Of a stretch of DNA of 64,000 nt, positions 50,701 to 64,000 are shown piece by piece. Every line of letters begins with the position of its first letter. The stretch's first letter is position 1. The DNA lies in NCBI GenBank assembly GCA_951406725.2, contig OX597823.1, positions 59,582,001 to 59,646,000 on the forward strand, given 5' to 3'. The stretch comes from Octopus vulgaris (lineage: Eukaryota). Below the pieces are notes generated by a model, which worked only from the letters and a program-made list of their open reading frames with translations, did no database searches and was not told where the DNA came from. The position numbers and the translations under genes are program-made.

Positions 50701-52592
50701 TGCCAACACTTGAATCAAAAACATTGTGAAAGATTACTCACACTGGTTTTACACCTCTCCTCCTCCTTTTCTCATGTTACTATTTAAAAAATGTTACCTA
50801 CTCAAGCCATACCAACTCATAACTGGTTTCTCGGTTTCAAGGTGTATATATTTCCCACCTGGTATCTCATTTTTGCCAGCTAAGTGGACTGGAGCAACAT
50901 GAAATGAAGTGCTTTGCTCAAGAACACAACATGTTGCCCAGTCCAGGAACTGAAACCACAATCTCACGATTATGAGTCTAACACCCTAACCACTAAGCCA
51001 ATGTCTCCGCCATGTTTCTATTCCCCACACTCTTTTCCTTTAATTTCCTCTCTCCCCTGTGTAGTCAACGATTAGAGACCTTTCCAATTTGTTTCCAGGT
51101 AGGAAGAGCTCATACTTATACATAAACTTAATGCAAATTTATACAGAGATAAACATCACTCGTTGGGAATGGCTTTCTTTAATGGAACTGGCTGGAAGTG
51201 ATAATATTTCAGACAATGAGAAGATTGTTACATCATGACTGCAAACAGCAATATTTAAGAATAATGGGCAAAACTAACAATTTTTATAGATTATTTCAAA
51301 TTTCATTACTGCTTGCTTATTGTCTGTCATTGGTAGAATTTCATAAGTGTTAAAAAAGATCAAAGAGACAAAGAATTGAAATTTAAAAAAAAAATATTTT
51401 GTAGAATTTGATCACACAAATGTAAGATTAACTGGTAAGATGAAAAATATTTGCTTAGCACAAACAAATATAACTAATTCATTATTATACATATGCTCTT
51501 TTTTTATATATATTTTCACTTTTCTTTTTAGCTAAAGGGAACAATTTTCATAAATTATCAGTGTTAGAATGTACTTTCACAATCGAAATTCAATTTCTGA
51601 TATTTATCTTACTGTGCAAGTTTATCAAAATGAGAATCTAGCCACACGGAAAAAAAGCAAGTTTCATTCCTATATTTTTAAAGTTTACTTCTTTATCTTT
51701 TAATAATTGTTTTGACTGTTTTTTTTTTCTTTTGACATATATTTTTCTTAATTTGGTGACTGATATTATTACCTGATGAGAGTAAACCATGGATAATCAA
51801 GCCAAATAGTTTGTATTTTGACACTAGAGCTGTAATGGTGTCCATGACATACATGTTAAATAATGATGGTGGTGGTAGTGGTGTTGCTGCTGTTGTTGTT
51901 GTTGTTGTTGCTGTTAAGCAACAAGATGGGTAGGGGTGATTAGGTGATGATCTAGGGCTTAGGGGCAGGAGACTCCAGACCTTGGAAAAAAGAAAAAAAC
52001 TTTGGTCGTCTTGTTGTAGTCGAGGGCTCTTTGTTGATGCCCGACCCCACTAGGAGGTGGCCCTTGAAGTCGCTGGAAATGGAGATCTCCAGGTCCAAAT
52101 TCTTGAATGGCAGATGCTGCTGCTGAGGATGATGATGATGAAGTGACCAAGATATTTAACACTCAACAGCCTACTTATAGGCCAGTCAGTTGTTGTTATG
52201 ATCAGAGACATTCCAGTAATAGTCATTCCCTCTTTCTTTCAGATATTGTACATCAGAGAATAACTTATCCAGTGTGCCCTCCTTTCATTGTTTAATACAG
52301 TAGATAATAATTTGAAGAAAAGTTGACTGATATCTCTTGTCAATCACTTGCTAAAAGAAATGACAACACTGTCACACTGGTGAGAGATTTTGTTTACTTG
52401 CAGTGCTGAGTTCAGTTGTACCTGGGAAAATATTGTTTAGATCAACATCGCCTCCAGTAGGTAATTTGTTTGTCACTAACATAAATCAGAATTAAATGCC
52501 TAATGTAGTAGATTCTGATGTTAATCAAACTATTTGATGAGGTATCCCTGAAGCTAAGTCTTAAGATCAAGCTATCTCTTTGTTCATACTCT

Positions 52593-52820
52593 TACAAGGA
52601 TGTACCGAAAAGTTCCTGGCTTTGGGTAAAAAAAATACAGGAGGATCAGTTAATTATGATTTTCTTCAATATATTCAGTATATTCCCATCTCAAATTTAC
52701 ACACAGTTTAGAGCAATCCTTCAGTTTTCCTAAGCCCTGTAAAAAACTCAGAAGGTTGAGCCTCCAACCAGGCCTTGCATGACACCCTTAAAGCCAGGAA
52801 CTTTTCAGCAGACCCTCATA
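52593..52820. mobile_element. Mariner-type MITE
   Basis: TIRs TA-caaggatgtaccgaaaagttcctggcttt / aaagccaggaacttttcagcagaccctca-TA. Confidence 0.8.
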
Positions 52821-54069
52821 TATTACAAAGTAAGTGTACCAATCTATCTTAACTTAGATATTGTAATATACCAGTTTATCTTAACTAAGATAGAATAGCA
52901 GCCTAGCTCACTTTCTAAAACTTGGTTCCCTTCATAAAGCCAAAACTAATAATAAATTTGGCACTTAGCCACAGTTTGCACAATATTTCATGAAATACGA
53001 AATGTAAATATAAGATAATTTAATAAATATAGTTTATAATGCTTTCAAGTCTAAACTATCCCCTAAAGTCATATGAATTAATTTCTGTATTAAAATATCA
53101 GTCATATTAATAAATTCCTATAAAATTAAATGCACACCAAACTGTGGGATCCATAGAGACAAACATATTTCAATTGTATTTTGTAAAGGCTTTATCCATT
53201 GAGTTAATCAAACAACACTGATGTCTTCATCTCCATGCATTGATTAAAAGAAAAGTCACAATGACTTAGATTACTATTACTTTCTCACTTCTAGTTTAGA
53301 AGGAATTTAATACAGATTTGATAGGTGACAGAACAGTTGTCAAATTATACAGCGTTGATGTTCAATGATTACAGCAATGTACATAAACTCATATTTTAAG
53401 CCAGGCATAGACTACATTTTATGAGAAGCAGGCCACATAAGACATTGCACATAATCAGACAAGCCAAACTACCAAAATAATTCAAGGTTATGCTGGCATA
53501 TAAGGTGGTGAGCTGGCAGAACCGTTCACATGCCAGACAAAATTGCTCAGCAGCATTTTGACCGTCTTTATGTTCTGAGTTCAAATTCCACCAAAGTCAA
53601 CTTTATCTTTCATCCTTTTGAGGTCAATAAAATAAGTACCAGTCATACACTGAGGTAAATGTAAATTGCTGACCTTGCACCAAAATTTGAAACCAATATT
53701 ATTCTTTCACTTGTTTCAGTCATTTGGTTGTGACCATGTTGTAGCACTGCCTTGAAGTGTTTTAGTTGAACAAATCAACCTCAGGACTTATTTCTTAACC
53801 CTAATACTTATTCTCTGCTGACATATCATTAAGAAAGTCCCATAGGCTGCATGCCTTGCACAGGCAGCGGTTTACCCATGACAAGATTAAGCATCCTAAT
53901 GTGGATGCTTAACTCTTTAGCCTTTAAACCAATCATATCCAGCCTAAATATTTTATCTATTTTTATGTTTAAGCAAACCACATTTTGCCTCTTACACCTG
54001 TCCTGCAATACCATTCCAAAAATAAATGATTACATCATCAAAATCTTGAAACTATAAGACGATATTCGT

Positions 54070-54416
54070 TTCTTCTTTTATTCTTTTATTTGATTCAGTC
54101 ATTTAGTCGAGCAAATCAATTATTCTATCGGTCTATCTTGTCGAACCGCTAAGTGACAGGGACGTAAACACACCAGCATCGGTTGTCAAGCGATGTTGGG
54201 GGAACAAACACAGACACACAAGTGCATACACACACACATACATATACATATATACGATGGACTTCTTTCAGTTTCCGTCTACCAAATCGACTCACAAGGT
54301 TTTGGTCAGCCTGAGTCTGTAGTAGAAGACAATTGCCCAAGGTGCCATGTAGTGGGACTGAACCCAGAACCATATGGTTGGTAAGCAAGCTACTACCACA
54401 TAGCCACTCCTACACC
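54070..54416 (-). mobile_element. tRNA-derived SINE, family B
   Basis: Reverse complement of 62144-62548. Confidence 0.85.
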
Positions 54417-54458
54417 TATATATATATGTGTGTGTATATATATATGTATATATATATA

Positions 54459-54523
<65 letters not shown>

Positions 54524-55449
54524 GTATATATCTATATGTATGTCTTTGTATATGTGTTTTTCTCTCATGATCACTTGACAACCAGTGTTGGTGTGTTTAT
54601 GTCCCCGTAACGTAGAGATTATGCAGAAAAGACTGATAGAACAAATACTAGGCTTAAGAAATAAGTCCTGGGGCTGATTTGTTCAACTGAAACCTTTCAA
54701 GATCGTGCTCCAGCATGGCCGCAGTCAAATGACTGAAACAAGAAAAAGAATAAAAGAATACCGTAAAACAAACATATAACAGTCATTATGATCAGAATCC
54801 TTTTGTTTATTTAAATCTGCTCAATCAGGACTAATTTGGAGATTAAAAAATAACAACAACAACAATCCATACCACGCTTGCTAGACTGAGTGGTCGTTCT
54901 TAAAAGATAATTAGTTTAGCATTAGATTTTCTACATTGAAATTGATGAGGGATAAACCATTAACTTTTCGACTTTATTAAGTCAGACACCAGCATCTTTC
55001 AGGAATGGGTTGTCTATTTTAACTTAAGTCATTTTATGAAAACAATGAAGTAAATTCAAACTAGTTATTGGAAATGCATTTCTGGGGTGTAATTAAGTAT
55101 CATAAAGTACTATGTCATCAGATTACAATTACAGAGGGGGGAAATTATTTTGAAAATTTTTTTTTTTGTTGATAATATTAATTCAAAAACTACAAAAGTA
55201 AATACACCAAGAAATAAATAATATGAATATAATTTTTTTTTAGAAATACTCAAAATTCCTGCAAGCAATAAATAGATTCCTTGAAAATTACATCATCGTT
55301 TCAATATACAATAAATTTTTACCTTGATTAATTCTTTTAAAATGTGCATATATATGCATACATAAATACACACACAAAAACACACCTACACACATACATA
55401 CAGATTGTTGAATTTCTTCTGGGCCTTTGGGAGCTGTGTGTGTGTATAC

Positions 55450-55482
<33 letters not shown>

Positions 55483-55523
55483 TCTATCTATCTATACATA
55501 CATATATATATATATATACATAA

Positions 55524-55586
<63 letters not shown>

Positions 55587-55716
55587 CATACACCCACACA
55601 TAGATATGTGTATGCACATATATATATGCATAAACATACATATATATACACATATATATGCAGAAGCATATATACATACATACATACACACATACATACA
55701 TACATACATACATACA

Positions 55717-55750
<34 letters not shown>

Positions 55751-55765
55751 CATTCATACACATGC

Positions 55766-55826
<61 letters not shown>

Positions 55827-57191
55827 AATTAATTTGATTCATTATTACTATTAATATTATTTCTGTTCTTGCCATTTATTATGTTATTGTTATTATTTAT
55901 TTTGTATTAAAATTTAGAGAAAGAAAACCAAAATTTAAAAAAAAAGACATAATTTAAGTTGATATTTAAATTATGAGTGAAAGTATTTAAAATTTAATAT
56001 TTTTGTTATTTCCCTTGAGAATCTTAAAGATTTATTTGACAAAACACACTCTATTACTAAATTGAAACGTTGTGAACTGTTGCTGTTCTCGGGAGGGATT
56101 CCTCTATATATCTCTTAATAAGTTCAGATAGAAAAAAAGAATTCTTTCACAATGATGACAAAAAACATCCTTTCTTTCTAAACCAACAAGGACTTTGAGA
56201 GCAATGATACAAATATTACATTAAGGTAAAAAAAGAAAAAGTTCATTGATTTAATGCTAAATGTCCTTTATAAGAATTTTTGCGATCTTGATCTTCTTAT
56301 AAATTTCTGTAAACATTTTTCAAATGTAATTGTCAAAAGCATTTGGCAAATATATTTTTTCTTCTAGACTGAGACCGTTCATTCAATGAACACAAATTCC
56401 AAATGTCCCCAAAGCACATAGATTTGCTGAAATTTTAATAGACTACATGCGAGAAAATAGATATTCTCAAAAGTAATCTTAAATGAATAGTCTTGATGTG
56501 TAAAATTGTCTGTAGAATATTCTCGTAATAAAAAATTATCTGTACATACAGGTGTCTATACTTACACACATAATATATACATATGTGTGTGTAAGCAGGA
56601 AGATGTTTATAACGTATGTGCATATCTATATATATATTCATGTACTTAAGCATTTATACATAATTACATTCAAATACATACCTACATATCTATATAGAAA
56701 GAGAGAGAGAGAGAAAGTGAAACTTGCATACATACCTGTATATTTAGTATCTCTCTCTCTCTCGCTCCCTCTCCCTATATATATATATATATTAGAGTCT
56801 AACAAGTTGTTCATGGGGCTAGGCCCTTTATGGATGTGAAAGCATTGGTCAGACATAAATTTTACTGCATATAAATATATATACATAGAGAGAGACAGAG
56901 ACAGGGATAGATAGATATAGACAACACACAGTGTTGGGGTGGGTGCTACACAGACAGACAGCTACTAAAGGTTGTATATCAAAACAGTTATGTATGAATG
57001 ACATAAAAGCTACAAAATAACATGGATAGAATAATAGAAAATTGACAATATAACTGAGATGTACTTGCAAAGCAAGTGACCTGATCAGAGATTGTGTCCT
57101 GGAACAAAAACAATTGCAGCCTGAAAGGTGTTTATAAGCTATTTAAGAAACACACAAAAACCATTAGATTCACTTCAACATTTAAATTTAA

Positions 57192-57242
57192 TTTGCCAAA
57201 ATATTTTCGTCGGTTTGAGACCGCAACCTCTTCACTGACAAA
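57192..57242 (-). ncRNA. Hammerhead-like motif (G3 variant)
   Basis: Minus strand: tttgtca-GTGAAGA-ggttgcggtctcaaaccgac-GAAA-atat-TT-tggcaaa. Stem I 7 bp, palindromic stem III. Confidence 0.6.
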
Positions 57243-58960
57243 ATTCCATGCTGCATCTGAGATGTTTGATAATATAACTGACTGACTGGAAGACTTGTTT
57301 TTGGTCTAAGTTTCCTTGCTTAAAACTGATTGATTTATCTGTGTTCACATCAGTAAAATCAGTAAATTAGTGTTCAACACACAAACTGAACACACAGATA
57401 TATATACTTTTTCATAGCTTGGAGTTGCTAAACATGTATTTAAGTGTGTTACCGATTCCCTTATTTGTTTAGGATAGTGTTCTGTTTCTTAATGAAAGAT
57501 GTCTCTCTAGTTTGGTGGTTGACAGCATCTGTGTGTCAGGTTAAGATCTGTGATTTTTCTATTTCCTCAGCATGTTAATCAGAGCGGAAATGAATATTTC
57601 AATACAGATTAATATGCATAATTGCACAGATATGCTTCATTATGAAACAGATTACCTCCATTGAATGCGGAGGGAGAACAAATCACATGAAAATACAGTT
57701 TTAGCATCTCAACATCTTTATCATTATTGACAGTCAGTGTCATCATCGTTGTCACCATCATCATCATTGTCATCATCGTCTTCATTGCCATCATCGTTGT
57801 TCTCACTGTCATTATCATTTAATGTCCATTTTCCATGTTGTTATGGGTTGGATGGTTTGACATGACCAAGCAGGCTGCAAGACCATGTTGCCAAGCACCA
57901 ATATCAAGCTTTGGCATGTTTTCTATGGGTGGAGAGCAATAAAGTTTACACTCCTATAAAACATACTTTCCAAAATATACACTCACCCATAACCCAGCCC
58001 CAACTTCCAGTTTATTTATTTATGGAGGAGAACACCAATAAGTCAATCAGTCCAGCCCAATGGATAAAGGGTTATAAACTTGAAATTGCTTGAAGTTACA
58101 GCAATGCATAGTTTTATTGTTAATTTATTATAGACTGATATTTTAGCTTTGTGTCATTTCAATCATCTTTACACTCTGAGTTCAAATTCTGCTGAGGTCA
58201 ACTTTGCCTTTTATCTTTTAAGGGACATTGAAATTTAGAAGTACTGAAATAAAAATTAAATATTAGACAAGCTTAGCTGTGATAATGAACTATAGCAATG
58301 TAAACAAATCTGTACTTCTAATTCACTCACTTGTGCATTAATTGTATATATTTTTTAATTAGTGATAAGTTGCTAAAACACAAATATGCAAATTACGCTA
58401 TCCACCACAGTAATAGCTTGTTTCCATTCTGCTTTACATAGCAACTGAATGCTCCAGCCGTCAATTGTAAAAATAATTGGTTACATCTGAGAGGAACTTC
58501 CATAAATTATGAATTAGTGCATGAGGAGATTTCCCTTCTTTTTCCACGCAACAAAAACATGGAAAAAATGTATATACATTCTCATATTACAGCTACAGCT
58601 TTCTAATATTTAAATTTATTTCTGTTGTTTTGATTCATGCTGAGTTGTGCATAAAATATAGTTTGTTCAATTAATAATAAACAATCTAAAGAAAAAAAAA
58701 TGTAATTTAAACCATAATAATTCATTTTGTGACTGCTTTATAAAGTCTCTGAATACTCTATTCTGCTGACTGAAGATTTGATACACCTTCTCTGAAGAGT
58801 AATCAACAAATAAAACAGTCTTTCAAGCAATTCCTCCCACTATTTTCTACACATCAAAAGCAAAGAAGGAGTGTATTTACTAACTTATATTTTATTATTA
58901 CTACTGAAGCTTCCCAAGGTATAAATATGTATATATATATGTGTGTGTGTGTGTGTGTGC

Positions 58961-59470
58961 AGACCTGTTGAAGCAAGTGAAATCGAAATCAAATTCGATG
59001 ACAGCACCGCATGACTGGCATCCATGCTAGTGGAACACTAAGAGCACCATCCGAGCATGATCGTTGCCAGGGCTGCTGACTGGTTCCGGTGCCGGTGACA
59101 CGTATAAAGCACCATTCGAGCGTGATCGTTACTAGTGTTGCCTTACTGGTTTTTGTGCCGATGGCACGTGAAAAACATTTGAGGTCGTTACCAATGCTGC
59201 TGGACCGGCTCCTGTGCAGGTGGCATGTAAAAAACACCATTTGAGCATGGCCGTTGCCAGAATCGCCTGACTGGCCCTCATGCCGGTGACATGTAAAAGC
59301 ACCCACTACACTCCCAGAGTGGTTGGCGTTAGGAAGGGCATCCAGCTGTAGAAACTCTTCCAGATCAGATTGGAGTCTGGTGCAGCCATTTGGCTCTGCC
59401 AGTCCTCAGTCAAATCGTCCAACCCATGCCAGCGTGGAAAGCGGATGCTAAACGATAATGATGATGATGG
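58961..59470 (+). mobile_element. SINE-like repeat with ~55-bp internal tandem units
   Basis: Five gccggtggcacgtaaaaagcacca-like units, then the tail ...aacccatgccagc...taaacgataatgatgatg. Confidence 0.8.
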
Positions 59471-59526
59471 TGATATATATATTCAATATATATGTACACA
59501 TACACATTCATATGAAGTTATAAGGT

Positions 59527-59596
<70 letters not shown>

Positions 59597-60069
59597 GTTA
59601 TGAATAATAAGAGAAAATCGTATTATGAAATCTATTCAACCTTCAGGAATACTTATATCACAACAATTGTTTTGTGACTTAAAACATGCAAAGATAATTT
59701 TTTAATTATATTTTAAAATAAGTGACTTACTATATATTCTACATGTTTTGTAAAATAATACATTAAGGAGCTTTTTTAATGAGTACCACTAGATTATTGT
59801 GGCTTAAATATATATAACATATATATTTGTGAGCCCTAAAAAATCAAGCCCAAGACCTGAATCTAACATATCTAAATAGACCAACCTGTTTACAAAGTTT
59901 TACATGCATGACTGAATTCTGAACAATAACACAACTCCAAATTTAATCAAAAGACAACCTTCTATAATATCTTTCTATAAGAAGTTAACCTGCAACTTAA
60001 TTATCATTCAATGCAGCTCCACTTGCCCCAGAAAAAATAAGCTTACCAGAACCTATATATATATAAGCC

Positions 60070-60108
<39 letters not shown>

Positions 60109-60354
60109 GGGGAGTGAGAAATAGAGAGAAGATGTAATTTCCTCATAAGGGATTGTTAATAACAATCCAGATATCAACTGGCATTAAACAGTCTAATAAA
60201 TTATAAAGTTAATAAAAGAAAACGGAGAAGAAAAAATGTAATAAATTCTTGGTTCGTTTTATTTGTATCACGACGGAAAAATAATAGAATGAAAATGTGA
60301 TAGACATAAGAATAAAGAAAGTGGATTAACAAAACAACCAAAAAATAACAAAAA

Positions 60355-60452
60355 ATCCTACATATGTTTCAATCGGACAGTATGCTTGAACCGTCATCAT
60401 TCAAACGATTTTAGATATGAAAAACAATATTCTGTCGGGTATCTTCAAAGAT
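60355..60452 (-). ncRNA. Degenerate hammerhead (U3 variant, long stem II)
   Basis: Minus strand: atct-TTGAAGA-tacccgacag...ctgtccgatt-GAAA-catatg-TA-ggat. Confidence 0.55.
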
Positions 60453-60833
60453 AGAAATTATATTTTCCGGTCTTGAATTACGAAATAACTAATTTCAGGA
60501 CTATATTTTGAAATATTCAAATGCAAACAACAACGTTTTAGGACGCCCGGTTCATGTGATTAGATATTAAATAACTTACACAAGGAGACAACCTAAGAGA
60601 GTTGCAGAAGATTCCGAAGTCGTCTGGAGACGTGGTTGAGGCCAAAAGCAATTTTATTGAATAAATTTACTCCTTAGTATTTAAAGATATTTTAATGTAA
60701 TTTTGGTAAATATATGTTAAAATGAGAAAGTCAGTCTTATTTTCGTTTTTGCATAATTTAAATAGTTTATTGACCTCACACACACATATATATATATATA
60801 TAGACACATACATACATGCACACACACACACAT

Positions 60834-60878
<45 letters not shown>

Positions 60879-60881
<3 letters not shown>

Positions 60882-61761
60882 TGGGTCATCCATTAAATAA
60901 TGCGGTTTTTATATTTTTATTTTTCAAAATTAAGATAAACAAAGTTCGTTTTTAATCTAAAATATATTCTCCATTTCCTACAATTCTCTTCCATCTATCT
61001 GGAACACTTGAAAGGCTCCCCTTCCAAAAATTCCCTTGTCCATCACAAAAAGTACTCCACTACCGTTCTGACCTCGTCTGTAGAATTCATATTTTGTCTG
61101 TCCAAATAATTTTGAAGATTGCAGAATGGCGGTGGGGCATTGTTTCCCATTCAAACTGCTCCAGCATTTGGAATGTCATCCTCGCTGTATGCAGCCGAGC
61201 ATTATCCTGATGGAAGAACACCTTTCATCATGAAACCAAAGATGATCGTTTGCTTATGGGAGGCAGGTGTCGATGAAAGGTTGAATGACCAAATCCAAGC
61301 TTCTCTGCTACTTCCTCAACAGTTACGATGGGATTTTGTTTCACCAGGGTTTGCAGGACGTCCTTGTCCAGCTCTGCAGATCTTCCAGGACTAGGCTCGT
61401 CTTCTAGGCTGCAGTTTCCGGTTCAGAATTTCTGGAACCACCGTTGACACTGGCTTACGTTTATTTCCGATCCCCATTTATTGCATTAATATTCCTCACA
61501 CTTTCCACTGTATTGTTGCCTTTATTGAATTCATAAAGCAAAATATGTCAAATATGCTTCTTTGCCACTCCCATTGTAGCTTTGAAAAAATAACTGTTAA
61601 AATCGAAATGCACTCTTCAAAATTTGTACTGAGAATAAGTACAAGGTAACATTACTACCAGCTTTTATAGGAAGTTGGTGCAGGTAGTTTATCCCGTCAC
61701 CCTCCAGCTTTTAGCTCATGCAACTGAAAAAAAAGTACATTATTTATGGGATAACCCAATA
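60879..61761 (-). mobile_element. Internally deleted mariner transposon
   Basis: TIRs ttgggtcatccattaaataatgcggttttt / aaaaaagtacattatttatgggataacccaa in (TA)n. Minus strand reads HILLYEFNKG...CQRWFQKF*TGNCSLEDEPSPGR...LVKQNP and PDRWKRIVGNGEY. Confidence 0.9.
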
Positions 61762-61948
61762 TATATATATATATATATATATATGTGTAGGTCCCGGGTT
61801 GATTCGGGGTTAACCACAGTAAGTAAGGTACTCAATACATAGCAGATAAAATTATTTATTATATAGAAGGAGTTTACATATAAGAGAAATCTTCAGGAAG
61901 CTCCTGAAGATTTCTCTTGAATGAAACAGTACTAGTCCTGTATCCTTC

Positions 61949-62143
<195 letters not shown>

Positions 62144-62548
62144 GCAGGAGTGGCTGTGTGGTAAGTAGCTTGTTTACCAACCACATGGTTCAGGGTTCAG
62201 TCCCACTGCGTGGCACCTTGGGCAAGTGTCTTCTACTATAGCCTCGGGCCGACCAAAGCCTTGTGAGTGGATTTGGTAGACGGAAACTGAAAGAAGCCTG
62301 TCGTATATATGTATATATATATATATGTATGTATGTGTGTGTGTGTTTGTGTGTCTGTGTTTGTCCCTCTAGCATTGCTTGACAACCGATGCTGGTGTGT
62401 TTATGTCCCCGTCACGGCAAAAAGAGACCGATAGAATAAGTACTAGGCTTACAAAAAGAATAAGTCCCGGGGTCGAGTTGCTCGACTAAAGGCGGTGCTC
62501 CAGCATGGCCGCAGTCAAATGACTGAAACAAGTAAAAGAGTAAAAGAG
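62144..62548 (+). mobile_element. tRNA-derived SINE, family B (near full length)
   Basis: ggagtggctgtgtggtaag...gggttcagtccc...gcaccttgggcaagt...cagtcaaatgactgaaacaagtaaaagag. Confidence 0.9.
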
Positions 62549-62555
62549 TATATAT

Positions 62556-62593
<38 letters not shown>

Positions 62594-62597
62594 ATAC

Positions 62598-62695
<98 letters not shown>

Positions 62696-63561
62696 CATAC
62701 GTGCATATATATGCATATTTTGCTATTTCCCTTAGGCATAGGGAGACTAATAACCTCGTGCAGAATTCAATATACGTCTGGTCTAGAACACAATGTTATA
62801 TGAATATTGAGTGGTATAAAAGAAATAAAGAGTTGACATATTTATACAACAGAAAGATTACCAGTGGCTTTGAAACAGTAACTAATTTTTGATTTTTCAA
62901 GCTCTATATATAGTTGTGTTTTGGGTTTTTTTTTCCTGAGAAGGGGTTTCACCTGGCAGGTGGTACCATGAATATAAGTAGATGTAGTGTTAATAATAAA
63001 TAAGGTTCTTGGGAGAAGGAATTGGCTTTATGAGATTGCAAGAAGGAAGTGATTTTATAAGTGAGGATCTAGAAGGTGAGGAAGAACATATATGTTTATA
63101 AGATGTGGTGCAGAAGTAAAGGTGGTAAAAAATATTTCTGGTCACAAAAGAACAAAGGCTGTGTTGGGTTGACAGCAACTTTTGACTTGGTTATATTTAA
63201 CTTGATGTGTTGTTGTTTGTTTACGCTATTTTGGGTGTTCCTTCAAGTACATATAACCAGTGTTAATAGATAAATTTGAATAGGAGTTCATATGGTTAAT
63301 AGGATAATATCAGTTTGAAATTTTGGGTTTGGCAAAGGTGTGACATGTTGGATTTGTATCAGAGCATAGGTCAAAGATAGGTTAAAAATAACGAGTTAGT
63401 GTTAAAGGTTTGCTTCTAAGTGAGTTTTCAACTGGTTTTGAAATAGTGGCTGTGTTAATATACATTTTTTATTAGTAGAAGAGAAAGGGGAAGAGTGAGA
63501 GAGAGATATAGTAAAAACAACTAGAAAATAAAGGTAGAAAAAAGAAAAGAAATATGCATAC

Positions 63562-63601
<40 letters not shown>

Positions 63602-63633
63602 TTATTTATTCATATATTTATATATACTTATAC

Positions 63634-63668
<35 letters not shown>

Positions 63669-64000
63669 CACTGTCCTGTTTTTGTTACCATTTTTACCAC
63701 TCTGCAAAAAGATCTCAAATTTTATTTGATTTGCTTTTCGCAGGAAGGAAAGTTTCTATCGAAGATACGTCTCGCCTTCACCTTCGGGGTGTGGAGTGGA
63801 TGAATCCATGGCGACTGAAGAAGGGGTTTTTTCCTTGTGTTATTTGACCTGTACTCTATTTTTTTTTTGTTTAAGAAAAATGTCCAGTTCCTTGGGTTTG
63901 TGTCTGTGTTTTCGTTTCTTATTATGTTCGACGTTTTTTTGGTGTCCTGTACTCATATATGCAAGTATATATACATGTAGAGGTGGGTACGTACATATAT

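Noticed and set aside
56787-56855. gtct...GAAA...TC-agac hammerhead-like pattern
   Set aside because: No acceptable CUGANGA core.
62900-63430. Possible Penelope ORF relic on the minus strand (PKNL-like motif)
   Set aside because: Too degraded, and no GIY-YIG or RT motif is identifiable by eye.

Overview
AT-rich, microsatellite-saturated eukaryotic DNA whose SINE families look like those of octopod cephalopods (Octopus; an inference from recalled repeat sequences). No intact protein-coding gene is recognisable, and most ORFs in the track are microsatellite artefacts. The window holds many tRNA-derived SINEs, fragments of R4/Dong-like non-LTR retrotransposons with a restriction-like endonuclease that sit in (TAA)n or (TACA)n tracts, Tc1/mariner and hAT relics, and one degenerate tRNA-Lys(CTT). 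The main unannotated signal is about ten type I hammerhead ribozyme or hammerhead-like motifs, found by eye on both strands, in small non-coding repeats. Most lie in or beside inverted or direct repeats, as in Penelope pLTRs and retrozymes. Several have non-canonical cores or very long stem II, and one is the tail of a tRNA-headed SINE-like element. There is also a divergent TATA/CCAAT promoter at about 41.0-41.2 kb next to an ORF with faint histone H2B-like similarity.
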